Notes: generated from the sequence alone by a model not told the origin. A DNA stretch of 63,068 nt, filler included, from Reclinomonas americana ATCC 50394 (GCA_048213135.1; 8 parts of 3 records of this genome joined end to end with filler, not necessarily neighbours in it); one strand, 5' to 3'; shown: positions 23,349-36,665, numbered from the whole stretch's first letter. Numbers and translations are program-made.

Positions 23349-24128
23349 CAGCGTCGGCTCGAGTCAACTCGGCCTGCTGGTGGCCACCTACAAGAACAAC
23401 CAGTTCACCGGGTGCGATCTGGTGGTGTACGCGCTCGTGGAGCCGCCACCGCCCAGCACCCTCGTGCAGCTGCTGCAAGTGAATCGCCATGGAGGTGGGT
23501 AAGGTGCAGAGGGAGAGGAGAGACTGCAAGAATCTCACGCTCTCGCCATCACAGATCGTGCTCCGATTTACATGCTGCCACGGTACCTGAACGATACGAG
23601 TCTGTGGCCGCTCGGACTGGGGCAGCTGACTGGGCAGGGCATGAGTCAGGTGAGAGGCTGCAGCAGTGGCGAGATTGATACGGGCGAGAGAGATACTGAA
23701 GGGCATGGATTGACTCTAACTCTATCTCACCGATTTATTCTGTCTTCCTTTCTGCACGTCCCTTCCTTCCCCCCTCCTAGTTGTACGAGCTGGGAGTGCA
23801 GCGGCGACACCGCTACATCGTGGAACAGCAATTCCTCAGCCCTTCGTACCGCTACAACGAGATGTATGTGCGCTCGACGGATGTCGATCGCTGCTTCATG
23901 AGCGCCAACTCGCTGCTGTACGCCATGTATCCGCCGGGCTCCGGGCCTATCAACATGATCAATCCGGAGAACACCATTCCCAATCGGTTGGTCCTCCTTC
24001 TACCCTCTGTCGCTCGTGCTCTCTCTCTCTCTCGTCTCGTCGTCTCTCTCTCGTCGTCGTCGTCGTCTCTCTCTCGTCGTCGTCGTCGTCTCTCTCTCGT
24101 CGTCTCGTCTCTCTCTCGTCGTCTCGTC

Positions 24129-24174
<46 letters not shown>

Positions 24175-25439
24175 GTCTGTCTCTTTCCTCACAGCTCACC
24201 CTTTCCCCCGTTCAGGTACCAACCCATTCCAATCCACTCCTCACCCATCGCCGTGGACACCCTGCTGCGGCCGCAAGACAGCTGCCCGGCGTTTTACGAG
24301 TCGTTTGCTACGCATGTTTACTCGCTGCCCGAGTTCCAGCGCAAGAAGAATGAGACGCTGCCGTTGATGGAGGTGTGTCTTGTTTGTGCAATGGTGTACA
24401 TTCTCCAAGACTCACTACTGCGCAGCGCATGAACGAGATCTTCGGCACCAGCTTTGGTATCGAGGATGTGTGGCGTGAGTACATCGCACGACGTGTGCCT
24501 GCCTTCGCCTTTCCTGACTCTTTGATTTACCAGGCATTGAGGACGTGGTGTACACGCACTACGTGCATGGCTACGAACTGCCGCCGCAACTCACCCCCGA
24601 GGATCGCGACGAGCTCATTGAGCTGGCCAATTTTGTGGTGGGCATGCAGTGGGGCACGCTCAGTAACGTGGCCTATGTGACCACCAACTTTTTCAAGGAG
24701 GTGTGGACGAAGCCGGCGAGAGAGAGTTGTATAATCGCAACTCACCCTCCCGGTGGTGGCAGGTCAAGGCACGATTCACCGATGCCATGGACAACAAGGG
24801 CAGCAAGTTTTACATTTACAGTGCTCACGACACCACCGTGCTGCCGATTGCGTCAGCGCTGCGGGTGTTGCAGGTGCGCTTCTTTGTTTGCAAGTGAGGT
24901 CGCACTCAGCTCTGAAACGCTTCTGCAGCCGTCAATCCCGAAATATGGTGCGCACGTTGATTTTGAGTTGCATCGCACCACCGACAACAAATACATGGTA
25001 CGCGTGTTGTACGACAATGCGGCTGCGTACCTGCCGTACTGGTTTGTGTTTGGGGGAAGAATGACCATTCCATATCGAGGGAGTTTGACTCTTGATTGTG
25101 TCGGCAGCGAGTCGTACGACTGCCCTGTGGACAAGTTTTTTGCGCACCTCGACCAGTACATTTTGGCGAACTGGGAGCAGCAGTGCCGCTCCGGGTCGAA
25201 CAAGCCCACGGACAACTCGGGTTCCGTGTCCACACTCAATTGGATTCTGCTGGCGGTGAACGGTGGTCTGATTCTGGCGGTTGTCATTCTGATTGTTGTT
25301 GGCGTCATGTTGCGTGGAGAGGGGTTGAGGGAGAGAGTGATCGGATTGATGGCGATGTCTGATGTGCTGATGATGCAGGAGAACGCGACGGAATGCGCCA
25401 CGCAATCATGGGTACATGCGGGAGTTGGAAAACTTGTGA
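23349..25439 (+). CDS. Lysosomal-type histidine acid phosphatase with C-terminal TM helix (5' end unresolved)
   Basis: Spliced RHGDRAP (RHGxRxP), GQLT..G, RSTDVDR, SAHDTT; TM WILLAVNGGLILAVVILIVVGV; predicted tail RTRRNAPRNHGYMRELENL. Confidence 0.9.
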
Positions 25440-25499
25440 GGTGTTGCTGAACGAGTGAATCTACGTTCTCAACAGAGGAGTCCACATCCAAGGTTCATT

Positions 25500-28400
25500 T
25501 CAGAGAAGCGTGCACTTGCTCTGCTTTGCATCGGTAAAGTCAGGATTGTGAGGGCCAATAATTCGCACCAATAATTCGCCCCGCACTTGTCGCTGATAAA
25601 TGCGAACAGTGTTGCCATCCGCTCGAGCAGTGATGCCAGCGGCTGCTGAAAAGCTCGGCAATAAGCTATCGAGATAAGCTTTCGCACTCCGACGCACTTC
25701 CTTTCCAGTCGCAAGCGACCATATTCTAACGGTCTTGTCACCACTGCCACTCAAAATGTGCTGACCATCGGGAGTCACTGCCACCGCATCCACCCCACTC
25801 GCGTGACCTTCCAGTCGCCGCATCTTCTCGCCACTCGCCAGTAACCACACCCGTACAGTGCAGTCATGACTACCACTCACAAGGTGCTGACCACTGGGTG
25901 TCACTGCTACTGCCCACACCGAACTCGTGTGACCTTCCAGTCGGAGCACCTCCTCGCCACTTGCCATCGACCACAGCCGTACAGTCTTGTCCGCACCGCC
26001 ACTCACAATGTGCTGACCATCGGGTGTCACGGCCACTGCATTCACCTCACCCGTGTGGCCTTCCAGTCGGCGCACCTCCTCGCCACTTGCCACCGACCAC
26101 ACCCGTACAGTCTTGTCCACACCGCCACTAACAACGTGCTGGCCATCGGGTGTCACTGCCACTGCCAGCACCCAATTCGTGTGGCCTTCCAATCGGCGCA
26201 CCTCCTCGCCACTTGCCACCGACCACACACGCACCGTCGTGTCCACACTGCCACTCACGACGTGCTGAGCATCGGGTGTCATTACCAATGCAAATACCTC
26301 ACTCATGTGGCCTTCCAGTCGGCGCACGACCTCGCCATTGAGAACAGACCACACCCGTACAGTCATGTCCCGACTGCCACTAACAACGTGCTGGCCATCG
26401 GGTGTCACTGCGACTGCATTCACCCAATCCGTGTGGCCCTCCAGTCGGCGCACCTCCTCGCCACTTGCCAGCGACCACACGCGCACAGTATCGTCCCCAC
26501 TGCCACTCACAATGTGCTGGCCATCGGGAGTCACTGCCACTGCTCGCACCCAACCCGTGTGGCCTTCCAGTCGGCGCACCTCCTCGCCACTTGCCGCTGA
26601 CCACACCCGCACTGTCTTGTCGTCACTGCCACTGACAATGTGCTGACCTTCGGGTGTCACTGCCACTGTAGACACCCTGCTCGTGTGGCCAATGAGTCGA
26701 CGTACCTCCACGCCACTCTCCAGTGACCACACTCGCACAGTCTTGTCATCACTGCCACTCACAATGTGCTGGCCATCGGGTGTCACTGCCACTGCCCGCA
26801 CCAAATCCGTGTGTCCTTCCAGTCGGCGCACCTCCTCGCCACTTGCCAACGACCACACCCGTACAGTATTGTCCCGACTGCCACTGACAGTGTGCTGCCC
26901 ATCGGGTGTCACTACCACCGCGCACACCTCATTCCAATGGCCTTCCAGTCGGCGCACCTCCTCGCCACTTGCCACCGACCACACCCGTACAGTGTCGTCT
27001 CGACTGCCACTCACAATGTGCAGGCCATCGGGAGTAACTGCCACTGCAGTGACCACACCCGTGTGGCCTTCCAGTCGGCACACCTCCTCGCCACTTGCCA
27101 CCGACCACACCCGTACAGTCATGTCCGCACTGCCACTCACAATGAACTGGCCATCCGGCGTCACTGCTACAGAACAAACAGCTCCAGCGTGCCCCACAAT
27201 CGGCTTCCAAGGCCACCTGATTCCCGTCACGTCCACCCCCCTGAAATCCGCCTCCCTCGCATACGCCATGCACACATTCACCCCTCGCATATCCGCACCC
27301 CTCCACACCGTCCGGTGCATCACCGCATCCCTCAAATCTGCACCCCTCACTCGCACACCCGACAGATCCCGCCCGCTGAACGACTCTTGTGCCACACACA
27401 GCACCGTCGCTGCATTCGCGGCTGCCGTCACCACTCGCTCCTCATCCACCTCCCTCGACATGTAAATCACTTCCCACAACCTCGCTTGCAATCGAGGAGA
27501 CCGTCGCACCACCTCAGCCATCTGTCCCACCAACGATGGTCGATCATTCAGCAATCGCACTGCCAACACATGCTGCTGTACATCTTCTATCTTCAACCGC
27601 CTCTCGTCATCCCACGTCTCCCACGCAAACACATGCCGAGCCACACAGTGCTCCAGCAACGACAGGTGCACGAAACCCCACTGCGTTGTTCCATATCGTC
27701 GCACAATCGGACAGCACACTCGCACGTACTGGTTCCTGGAGCCGAAGAACTTGTCAAATTGTAGCGCTAGCACAGCTGCAGTGGGCGCGCCACCGAACTC
27801 GGCCGCATCCTCGCCACTCGCATGTCTGTCACATACAGCTCGCACCAAATTTCTATCATGCATCAACCGTGCCAGTCCCTCACAAAATGCCAGACATATC
27901 TCCTCACTCGGCACACGCTCCGCGCCGAGACGCGTCTGCCTCTCCTGCTCCCTCACAATCCACTGTCGAATGAATCTGCCAAACACATCACGCCGAGTCG
28001 GTCGCTGCACGCCACTCGCCACCAACTGCGGCAACACTTGCACCACCACCGTCAGCATGAACGGATTCGTGACCAACGATTGCACTCCGTGCAATTCATG
28101 CAGTGCATGCCGATACTCGTCCACTGTCTGCCATTCTGCTTGTTGGTGTGTGAAAAAATGCTGGAGATAGTCATCAATCTGAGCGTCATTGAACGGCTCC
28201 ACAGTGCGCCACACCAACAGCTGCAAGTCCACACGCCCACTGCCGTTCGTGGGAACGAAAAAGCGACGGTAATCGGTTCCACCCGAGCCCATGCCCGCAG
28301 CGTAATCAGAACGGCACGTCACGATCACTTTGACATCCGCGCATCCTCGCAGCTGTGACCACACAGCAGTCACTCGTCAAGTTGTTACACGAGACAGACA

Positions 28401-30048
28401 AGAACGAGACGAGGAGGGATGAAGCAAACCTGTGATGTGCCCATCAGATTGATCTCATGGTACAATTCGTCGTACCCATCCAGCAGCAACAACAGTGGCC
28501 TCTGCTTGACGCGCTGCACTGCAGCCTCTGGCCACGTGGATGGCAGCACTTCTTCCAGCATGCTACGTTCGACGTCACGCAGCGCCGACAATGGCACACG
28601 CAGCGGCAGTCGCCGACTGCGTCCCTCTCGATATGCTCGCCACGCGTGATGCGCCATCACCGTCATGGCTGTCGTCTTGCCGGCTCCACTGTTTCCGAGG
28701 AACAACAAGGTGCGTGCGCAGTTGTCGTCAGCAACGAATGCGTCAACCTCCGACAGCAAGTCGCGCGGGACGCCACCAACTTTAGTCGTCAACTGCACGT
28801 ACATCTGCAATGTCTGGCGCAAATTCTCGTCCTCGCGGAATGCTGATGCCTCTCGCTCACTGTACGCCTCAAGCAACGCAGCGAACTCCGCATCAGAAAT
28901 ATGATGAAGTCCTGTAAAAGAGGTTCATCAGATTGACGAAAAGGCACGCACAGTGAAATGACGAAAGACTCACTTGTGCGAATATCTTCCAGCAAAGCAC
29001 GAAAGTAAACGAGCGGGGCATCGCCTAGATGAAGCGATGAGATGGCCGCCACCAGACGCCCCTCAACAACGCCATCGCCGAGCAGGTCAGTGACTTCACC
29101 GACGACAGCGACAGGCTGATCTCGATGGCCGACAACAGAGTTGCGAATGTCACGCAGCGTCTCCACCGCTCGACGCTGTACACATGATAAGCAATGCGAC
29201 AAGCGTATCGAACAAGAGAGCAGCACACAGACCTCCACCTCCGAAGGGAGAAGGAAGTGGGAGCTGCCGTCATCCTCCACGATTCCTCCGTTCACCAGGA
29301 TCGCGCAGAGTGCTGTCAAGTCGAACGGCGGGCACGGCGGCGTGCTGGTGGGATCCGCATCGAATGCAGCTTTCCAGGTGAGCAGATGAGCCCGTTGCTC
29401 ATTGTGTTGCAAGAACACGTGTTTGCCGCCGGGTTTGTAGCTGCGAGCAAACACATCCTTGATGGTGAGAACGAAGAATGTGGATAGAGAAGAGCATCAC
29501 CGACAAACCGCGCAGGAATCTCTCGGACAGTCTTGCAGCACCACGCTTCATCTACGCGCATGGTGGGATGCGCGAGACAGAACGCAGGCAACGCTGCACG
29601 GAGTCGGGCGGCCAGTGCATCTCTGATGATACCCATGGCATCTTGCAGAAGATTGTAGTTGTTCGCTCTTCACGACACACAGACACAGATGAGATGCACT
29701 CCCCTCTCTCCCTTCTCAGGCACACATGCAATAACGCACCCACTGCCCTCCACATCCACCGTCAGTGTGGTCTCCGCCGTGATGCCAAGTTCTCGCAGTG
29801 TAGATTCATCTGACGCCCGCAGCACCACATCCGAGCGCACACGCACACGCGCATCCGCAGCGACCCCCAGCAGGTGCAAGCCGCGCTGCACGAGGTCACA
29901 CAATCGCATGTCGCCAGTGACATCGGGCACCGTGACTCGGGAGGTGCCATCGGCAAGGCAAAAGTGGATAGAGAAGGACTGCACGCAAACAGGGAAAGTG
30001 AGTGAGTGTGGAAGCGAGTGTGTGTGCATGAGGAGAGACATGCACCAT
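25500..30048 (-). CDS. NLR-like STAND protein copy 2: Ubl-HEPN-like-NACHT-pentapeptide-WD40x12-CaaX
   Basis: Exons 30046-30048, 29740-29978, 29509-29667, 29233-29440, 28974-29175, 28430-28911, 25500-28352; same intron positions and motifs as copy 1; RNSVVGH; ends CTLL. Confidence 0.9.
25690..27194 (-). repeat. Coding 126-bp WD40 array (12 units), NLR copy 2
   Basis: Twelve 42-aa GH..W repeats. Confidence 0.95.
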
Positions 30049-30132
30049 GAAGAGAAGGACGATGGCGATGAGCCTGCGATGTAAAAAGTTGAGTGGTTCA
30101 TTGATTGCATCGGGCAGTGGATCACAACAACC

Positions 30133-30568
30133 ATGAGCGACGAGGCCGAGCACCCCACGGCCACTGATGCAGACGCTGCTGCTGACTATTGCCGCAGCTG
30201 CATCACCTGTCGCTGCATCAGCAGACTCTCAGGTATGGCCACAGTCAAGGCATGCACACTCTTCGCGCCTCATTCACTGATCTCGTGCGTGCGTGCGTGC
30301 GTGTGTGTGTGTGTGTATGTATGTATGTGTGTGTGTGTGTGTGTGTGCACATGAATGCAGTTAATGCCACCTCCTCGACCTGTGCTCGTCGCTCGTCCTC
30401 CGCAGCCTCCAGCTGAGGATGTGTCGCAAGATGAGAGTGGAGCTTCTTCTTCGTCGTCTTCCTCTTCTTCTTCCTCGAGTGCGAGGCGGCCGCGGGTGGT
30501 GATTGCCAGTGTTGATGGGACTGAGGAGATTGCGCAGTCGGAGCAGATGCGAGTGCGATCGGCGAGAG
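30133..30568 (+). pseudogene. Frameshifted, truncated duplicate of the 5' exons of an unknown gene (MSDEA..)
   Basis: Exon 1 is 100 nt versus 108 nt in the paralogue at 36666-36773; exon 2 (LMPPPRPV...) is then read out of frame and hits a stop. Confidence 0.6.
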
Positions 30569-30685
30569 GTGGGGAGGGGGAAGGGATAAGGGAGGAGTGA
30601 GGGGAAGGGGAGTCCGATCACTCCATGTGTCTCTCGTGTTGTAAATCCTCCTCACGCTTTTTGGTCTCTCTCTCTCTCTCACACA

Positions 30686-30722
<37 letters not shown>

Positions 30723-30747
30723 TACAATCCACCTTTCCTCCAATCAG

Positions 30748-31976
30748 ATACCAGCCCATTCCCATCCACTCCTCACCCATCGCCGTGGACACCCTGCTGC
30801 GGCCGCAAGACAGCTGCCCGGCGTTTTACGAGTCGTTTGCTACGCATGTATACTCGCTGCCCGAGTTTCAGCGCAAGAAGAATGAGACGCTGCCGTTGAT
30901 GGAGGTGGGTCTTTTTTGTGCCCAGGTGTTGTTTCTCCAAGACTTACCACCACGCAGCGCATGAACGAGATATTCGGCACCAACCTTGGCATCGAGGATG
31001 TGTGGCGTGAGCATATCGACCTTGTGCGCCTGCCTTCGCCTTGCCTGACTCTTTGATTTACCAGGCATTGAGGACGTGGTGTACACGCACTACGTGCATG
31101 GCTATGAACTGCCACCGCAACTCACGCCCGAGGATCGCGACGAGCTCATCGAGCTGGCCAATTTTGTGGTGGGCATGCAGTGGGGTACGCTGAGTAACGT
31201 GGCCTATGTGACCACCAACTTTTTCAAGGAGGTCTGTGTGGACGAAGCCGGCGAGAGAGAGTTGTTTGATCTCAATTCGCCCTCCATGTTATGGCAGGTC
31301 AAGGCACGATTCACCGAGGCCATGGACAACAAGGGCAGCAAGTTTTACATTTACAGCGCTCACGATACCACCGTGCTGCCCATTGCGTCAGCGCTGCGGG
31401 TGTTGCAGGTGCGCTTCTTTGTTTTCCTGTTGAAGTCGGGCTCTGCTTTGAACTGTCGCTTGCAGCCATCCATCCCGAAATATGGTGCGCACGTCGATTT
31501 TGAGTTGCATCGCACCACCGACAACAAGTACATGGTGCGCGTGTTGTACGACAATGCGGCTGCGTACCTGCCGTACTGGTTTGTGTTTGGGGGAAGAATG
31601 ACCATTCCATATCGAGGGAGTTTGACTCTTGATTGTGTCGGCAGCGAGTCGTACGACTGCCCTGTGGACAAGTTTTTTGCGCACCTCGACCAGTACATTT
31701 TGGCGAACTGGGAGCAGCAGTGCCGCTCCGGGTCCACCAAGCCGACGGACAACTCTGGTTCGGTGTCCACACTCAAGTGGATTCTGCTGGCGGTGAACGG
31801 TGGTCTGATTCTGGCGGTTGTCATTCTGATTGTTGTTGGCGTCATGTTGCGTGGAGAGGGGTTGAGGGAGAGAGTGATCGGATTGATGGCGATGTCTGAT
31901 GTGCTGATGATGCAGGAGAACGCGACGGAATGCGCCACGCAATCATGGGTACATGCGGGAGTTGGAAAACTTGTGA
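30748..31976 (+). CDS. 3'-half duplicate of the acid phosphatase (no RHG exon upstream)
   Basis: Collinear with 24216-25439; splice sites and reading frame intact; differences mostly synonymous. Confidence 0.75.
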
Positions 31977-32036
31977 GGTGTTGCTGAACGAGTGAATCTA
32001 CGTTCTCAACAGACGAGTCCACATCCAAGGTTCATT

Positions 32037-35000
32037 TCAGAGAAGCGTGCACTTGCTCTGCTTTGCATCGGTAAAGTCAGGATTGTGAGGGCCAATAATT
32101 CGCACCAATAATTCGCCCCGCACTTGTCGCTGATAAATGCGAACAGTGTTGCCATCCGCTCGCGCAGTGATGCCAGCGGCTGCTGAAAAGCTCGGCAATA
32201 AGCTATCGAGATAAGCTTTCGCACTCCGACGCACTTCCTTTCCAGTCGCAAGCGACCATATTCTAACGGTATCGTCCCGACTGCCACTCACAATATGCTG
32301 GCCATCGGGAGTCACAGCCACCGTATCCACCGCATCCGTGTGGCCTTCCAATCGTCCAACTTTTTTGCCACTCCCTAGTGGCCACACACGTACAGTCTTG
32401 TCCCGACTGCCGCTCACGATGTGCTGGCCATCGGGAGCGACGGCGACTGACATTACCCAAGAAGTGTGGCCTTCTAGTCGGCGGAATTCGTCTCTACTTG
32501 CAAGCGACCACACCCGTACAGTCTTGTCCTCACTGCCACTCACAATGTGCTGCCCATCTTGTGTCACTGCCACTGCACGCACCGTACTCGTGTGGCCTTC
32601 CAGTCGGCACACCTCCTTGCCACTCGCCAGTGACCACACTCGTACTGTGCTGTCCTCACTGCCACCCACAATGTGCTGGCCGTCGGATGTCACTGCCACT
32701 GCACATACCACACTCGTGTGGCCTTCCAATCGGCGCACTTCCTCGCCACTTGCCACCGACCACACTCGTGCAGTCGTGTCATAACTACCACTTACGATGT
32801 GCTGGTCATCGGGAGTGATTGCAACAGAAAATACTTTGTCCATGTGTCCCACATGCAGCACGCCCTCGCCATTCAGAACAGACCACACCCGTAAAGTAGT
32901 GTCCCGACTGCTACTCACAATATTCTGGCCATCGGGTGTCACTGCCACTGCATACACTGTATCCTTGTGTCCTTCCAGTCGGCGCACTTCCTCGCCACTT
33001 ACCACCGACCACACCCGCACAGTCCTGTCATCACTACCACTCACAATGTGTTGGCCATCGGGTGTCACTGCCACTGCATGCACCCCATCCGTGTGGCCTC
33101 TCAGTCGTCGCACCTCCTTGCCACTTGCCACCGACCACATCCGTACAGTCCTATCATAACTGCCACTCACTATGTGCTGGCCATCGGGTGTCACTGTCAC
33201 TGCATACACCTCTAACGTGTGGCCTTCCAGTCGGCGCACCTCCTCGCCACTTGCCATCGACCAAATCCGTACAGTCCTATCATAACTGCCACTCACTATG
33301 TGCTGGCCATCGGGTGTCACTGTCACTGCATACACCTCTACCGTGTGGCCTTCCAGTCGGCACACCTCCTCGCCAATTTCCAACGACCACACTCGCACAG
33401 ACTTGTCTTCACTGCCACTCACAACGTACTGGCCATCGGGTGTCACAGCCACTGCACACACCTTCCCCCAGTGGCCAATGAGTCGACGTACCTCCACGCC
33501 ACTCGCCAGTGACCACACTCGGACTGTCTTGTCCTCACTGCCACTCACAACGTGCTGGCCATCGGGTGTAACTGCCACCGAGTACACCCAACCCGTGTGG
33601 CCTTCCAGTCGCAGCACCTCTTCTCCGCCCGCCACAGACCACAATCTTACAGTCCTATCCCAACTCCCACTTACAGTGAACTGCCCGTCGAGAGTGACGG
33701 CCAAAGACCTCACCGATTCAGCGTGCCCCACCATCGGTTTCCTCGGCCACTTCACACCCGTCACATCCGCTCCCCTGAAATCCGCCTTCCTCGCATACGC
33801 CATGCACACGTTCACCCCACGGAAATCCGCTCCCCTCCACACCGTTCTGTGCATCACCGCATCCCTCAAATCTGCACCCCTCACTCGCACACCCGACAGA
33901 TCTCGCCCACTGAACGACACTTGCGCCACACACAACACTGTCGCTGCATTCGCCGCTGCCGTCACCAAACGCTCCTCATTCACCTCTCGTGACATCTCAA
34001 TCACCTCCCACAGTCTCGCTTGTAGTCGAGGGGACCGTCGCACAACCTCGGCTATCTGCCCCACTAACGATGGTCGATCATTCAGCGATCGCACTGCCAA
34101 CACATGCTGCTGCACATCATGCATCGCCAATCTCCTCTCCTCATCCCACGTCTCCCACGCAAACACATGCCGTGCCACACAATGCTCCAGTAACGACAGA
34201 TGCACGAATCCCCACTGATCAGTCCCATACCGTCGCACAATTGGACAGCACACTCGCACGTACGTGTTCCTGGAGCCGAAGAACTTATCAAACTGTTGTG
34301 CTTGCACTGCAGCGGTGGGTGCGCCACCAAATTCAGCTGCGTCGTCGCCACTCGCCTGGTTGTCACACACTGCTCGCACCAGATTCTTCTCATACATCAA
34401 CCGTGCCAGTCCCTCACAGAATGCCAGACACGTCTCCTCACTCGGCATACGCTCTCCACCAAGACGCGTCTGCCTCTTCTGCTCCCTAACAATCCACTGT
34501 CGAATGAATCGGTCAAACACATCACACCGAGTCGGCCGCTCCATCGCGCCACTCGCCACCAACTGCGGCAGCACTTGCACCACCACTGACAGCATGAACG
34601 GATTCGTAATCAACGATTGCACTCCATGCAATCCACTCAGCGCACGACGATACTCAGCAGCTGTTTGCCATTCAGCTGGTTGGTGCGCGACAAAGTGTCG
34701 AAGATAGTCATCAATCTGAACGTCATTGAACGGCTCCACTCGGCGCTCTAATAACAGTTGCAAGTCCAGAAGCCAAATGCCGTTCGTGGGAACGAAAAAG
34801 CGACGGTAATCGGTTCCACCGAGACCCATGCCCGCAGCGTAATCTGTTCGGCATGTCACAATGACTTTGACATCCGCACATCCTCGCAGCTGTTGTCGCA
34901 CATCGATGAGTCAAACGATGTAACGTGAGCACCAACGAAACATCGAGGAGAAGGGATCAAACCTGAGCAGTGTCCATCAGATTGATCACACGGTACAGCT

Positions 35001-36572
35001 CGTCATACCCATCCAACAGCAACAACAGCGGCCTCTGCTTGACGCGCTGCACTGCAGCCTCCGACCACGTCACTGGGAGCACTTCCTCTAGCATGCGATG
35101 TTCCACGTCACGCAACGCCGACAGCGGCACACGCAGCGGCAGCCGCCGACTGCGACCCTCTCGATATGCTCGCCACGCGTGATCTGCCATCACCGTCATC
35201 GCTGTGGTCTTGCCGGCACCACTGTTTCCGAGGAACAACAAGACGCGGGCCCGGTTGTCGTCGGCAACGAATGCGTCGACCTCCGACAGCAGATCACGTG
35301 GCACTCCATTGACGGTGGTCAGCAGCGGCACATACATCTGCAGTGTCTTGCGCAAACTCTCGTCCTCGCGGAATGCTGATGATTCGCGTTCACTGTAGCT
35401 CTCAAGCAACGCGGCGAACACCGCGTCGGACAGGCCATATCGTCCTGCAAGAGAGAGCATTCTTTAGATGGATGCAAAGACGCAATGATTCACATCAGAC
35501 GCACTTGTTCGAATGTCTTCCAACAAGACACGAAAGTGGGCGAGCGAGGTATCATCGAGTTGGAGCGATAAGACAGCCGTCACAAGACGCCCCTCAATAA
35601 CACCATCGCCGAGCAGGTCGGTGACTTCATCGGCGGCAGCGACAGGCTGATCTCGATGGCCAACAACAGCGTGGCGAATGTCACGCAGCGTCTCCACCGC
35701 CCGGCGCTGTACACACGTGATGAGCATCGCGACGAGCATGGCGAACAGAGAGCAGCACACGCACCTCTTCATCCGAGGCGAGGAGGAAATGGGAGTTGCC
35801 GTCATCCTCCACGATTCCACCGTTCACAAGGATCGCGCAGAGTGCCGTCAAGTCGAATGGCGGGCACGACGGCACGATGGTGGGATCCGCATCGAATGCT
35901 GCCTTCCATGTGAGCACATGAGCACGCTGCTCGTTGTGCTGCAAGAACACGTGATTGCCACCGGGTTTGTACCTAAGACACAACGATGAGACAGAAGGTG
36001 CAACTGATTGCAGATCGACACCACACCAACCGCGCAGGAATATCCCGTACAGTCTTGCAGCACCACGCTTCATCCACGCGCATTGTGGGATGCGCGAGAC
36101 AGAACGCAGGCAACGCTGCGCGGAGTCGGGCGGCCAGTGCGTCTCTGATGATACCCATGGCATCTTGCAGAAGATTGTAGTTGTTCGCTCTTCTCGCACA
36201 TATACACGATGCAGATAAGACGTACTCCTCTCTCTCTCTCCTCGGAAACACATGCAACAACGCACCCACTGCCCTCCACATCCACTGTCAATGTGGTCTC
36301 CGTCGAAATGCCAAGTTCACGCAGTGTGGATTCATCTGACGCCCGCAGCACCACATCCGACCGCACACGCACACGCGCATCCGCTGCGACGCCCAGCAGG
36401 TGCAAGCCGCGCTGCACGAGGTCGCACAGTCGCATGTCGCCAGTGACATCGGGCACCGAGATGCGCGCAGTGCCATCGGCAAGGCAAAAGAGGACAGGGA
36501 ATGACTGCACGGAGACAGGGAAAGTGAGCGAGTGTATGGCAAAGAGTGGATGTGTGGGGAGACACACACCAT
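32037..36572 (-). CDS. NLR-like STAND protein copy 3: Ubl-HEPN-like-NACHT-pentapeptide-WD40x12-CaaX
   Basis: ATG|GT at 36572; collinear exons; RHAVVGH; GNSGAGKT; LLLLDGYDE; ends CTLL. Confidence 0.9.
32225..33728 (-). repeat. Coding 126-bp WD40 array (12 units), NLR copy 3
   Basis: Twelve GH..W repeats, one shortened by a codon. Confidence 0.95.
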
Positions 36573-36665
36573 AAAGAGAAGGACGATGGCTCACGCGCGA
36601 TGCAGCGAAAGTCGTGTGTACCGCTGTGGTTCATTGATTGCGTTGGGCAGTGGATCACACACATC

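Noticed and set aside
25325..25439. Possible non-canonical introns or altered genetic code suggested by read-through ORFs
   Set aside because: The junctions I checked resolve with GT-AG introns and standard stops
25690..27194. Regular 126-bp repeats as a CRISPR array or DGR template/variable repeat
   Set aside because: In-frame coding WD40 units; no spacers, cas genes or reverse transcriptase in the window
26683..27764. Antisense ORFs over the NLR genes
   Set aside because: Shadow frames of repetitive GC-rich coding sequence
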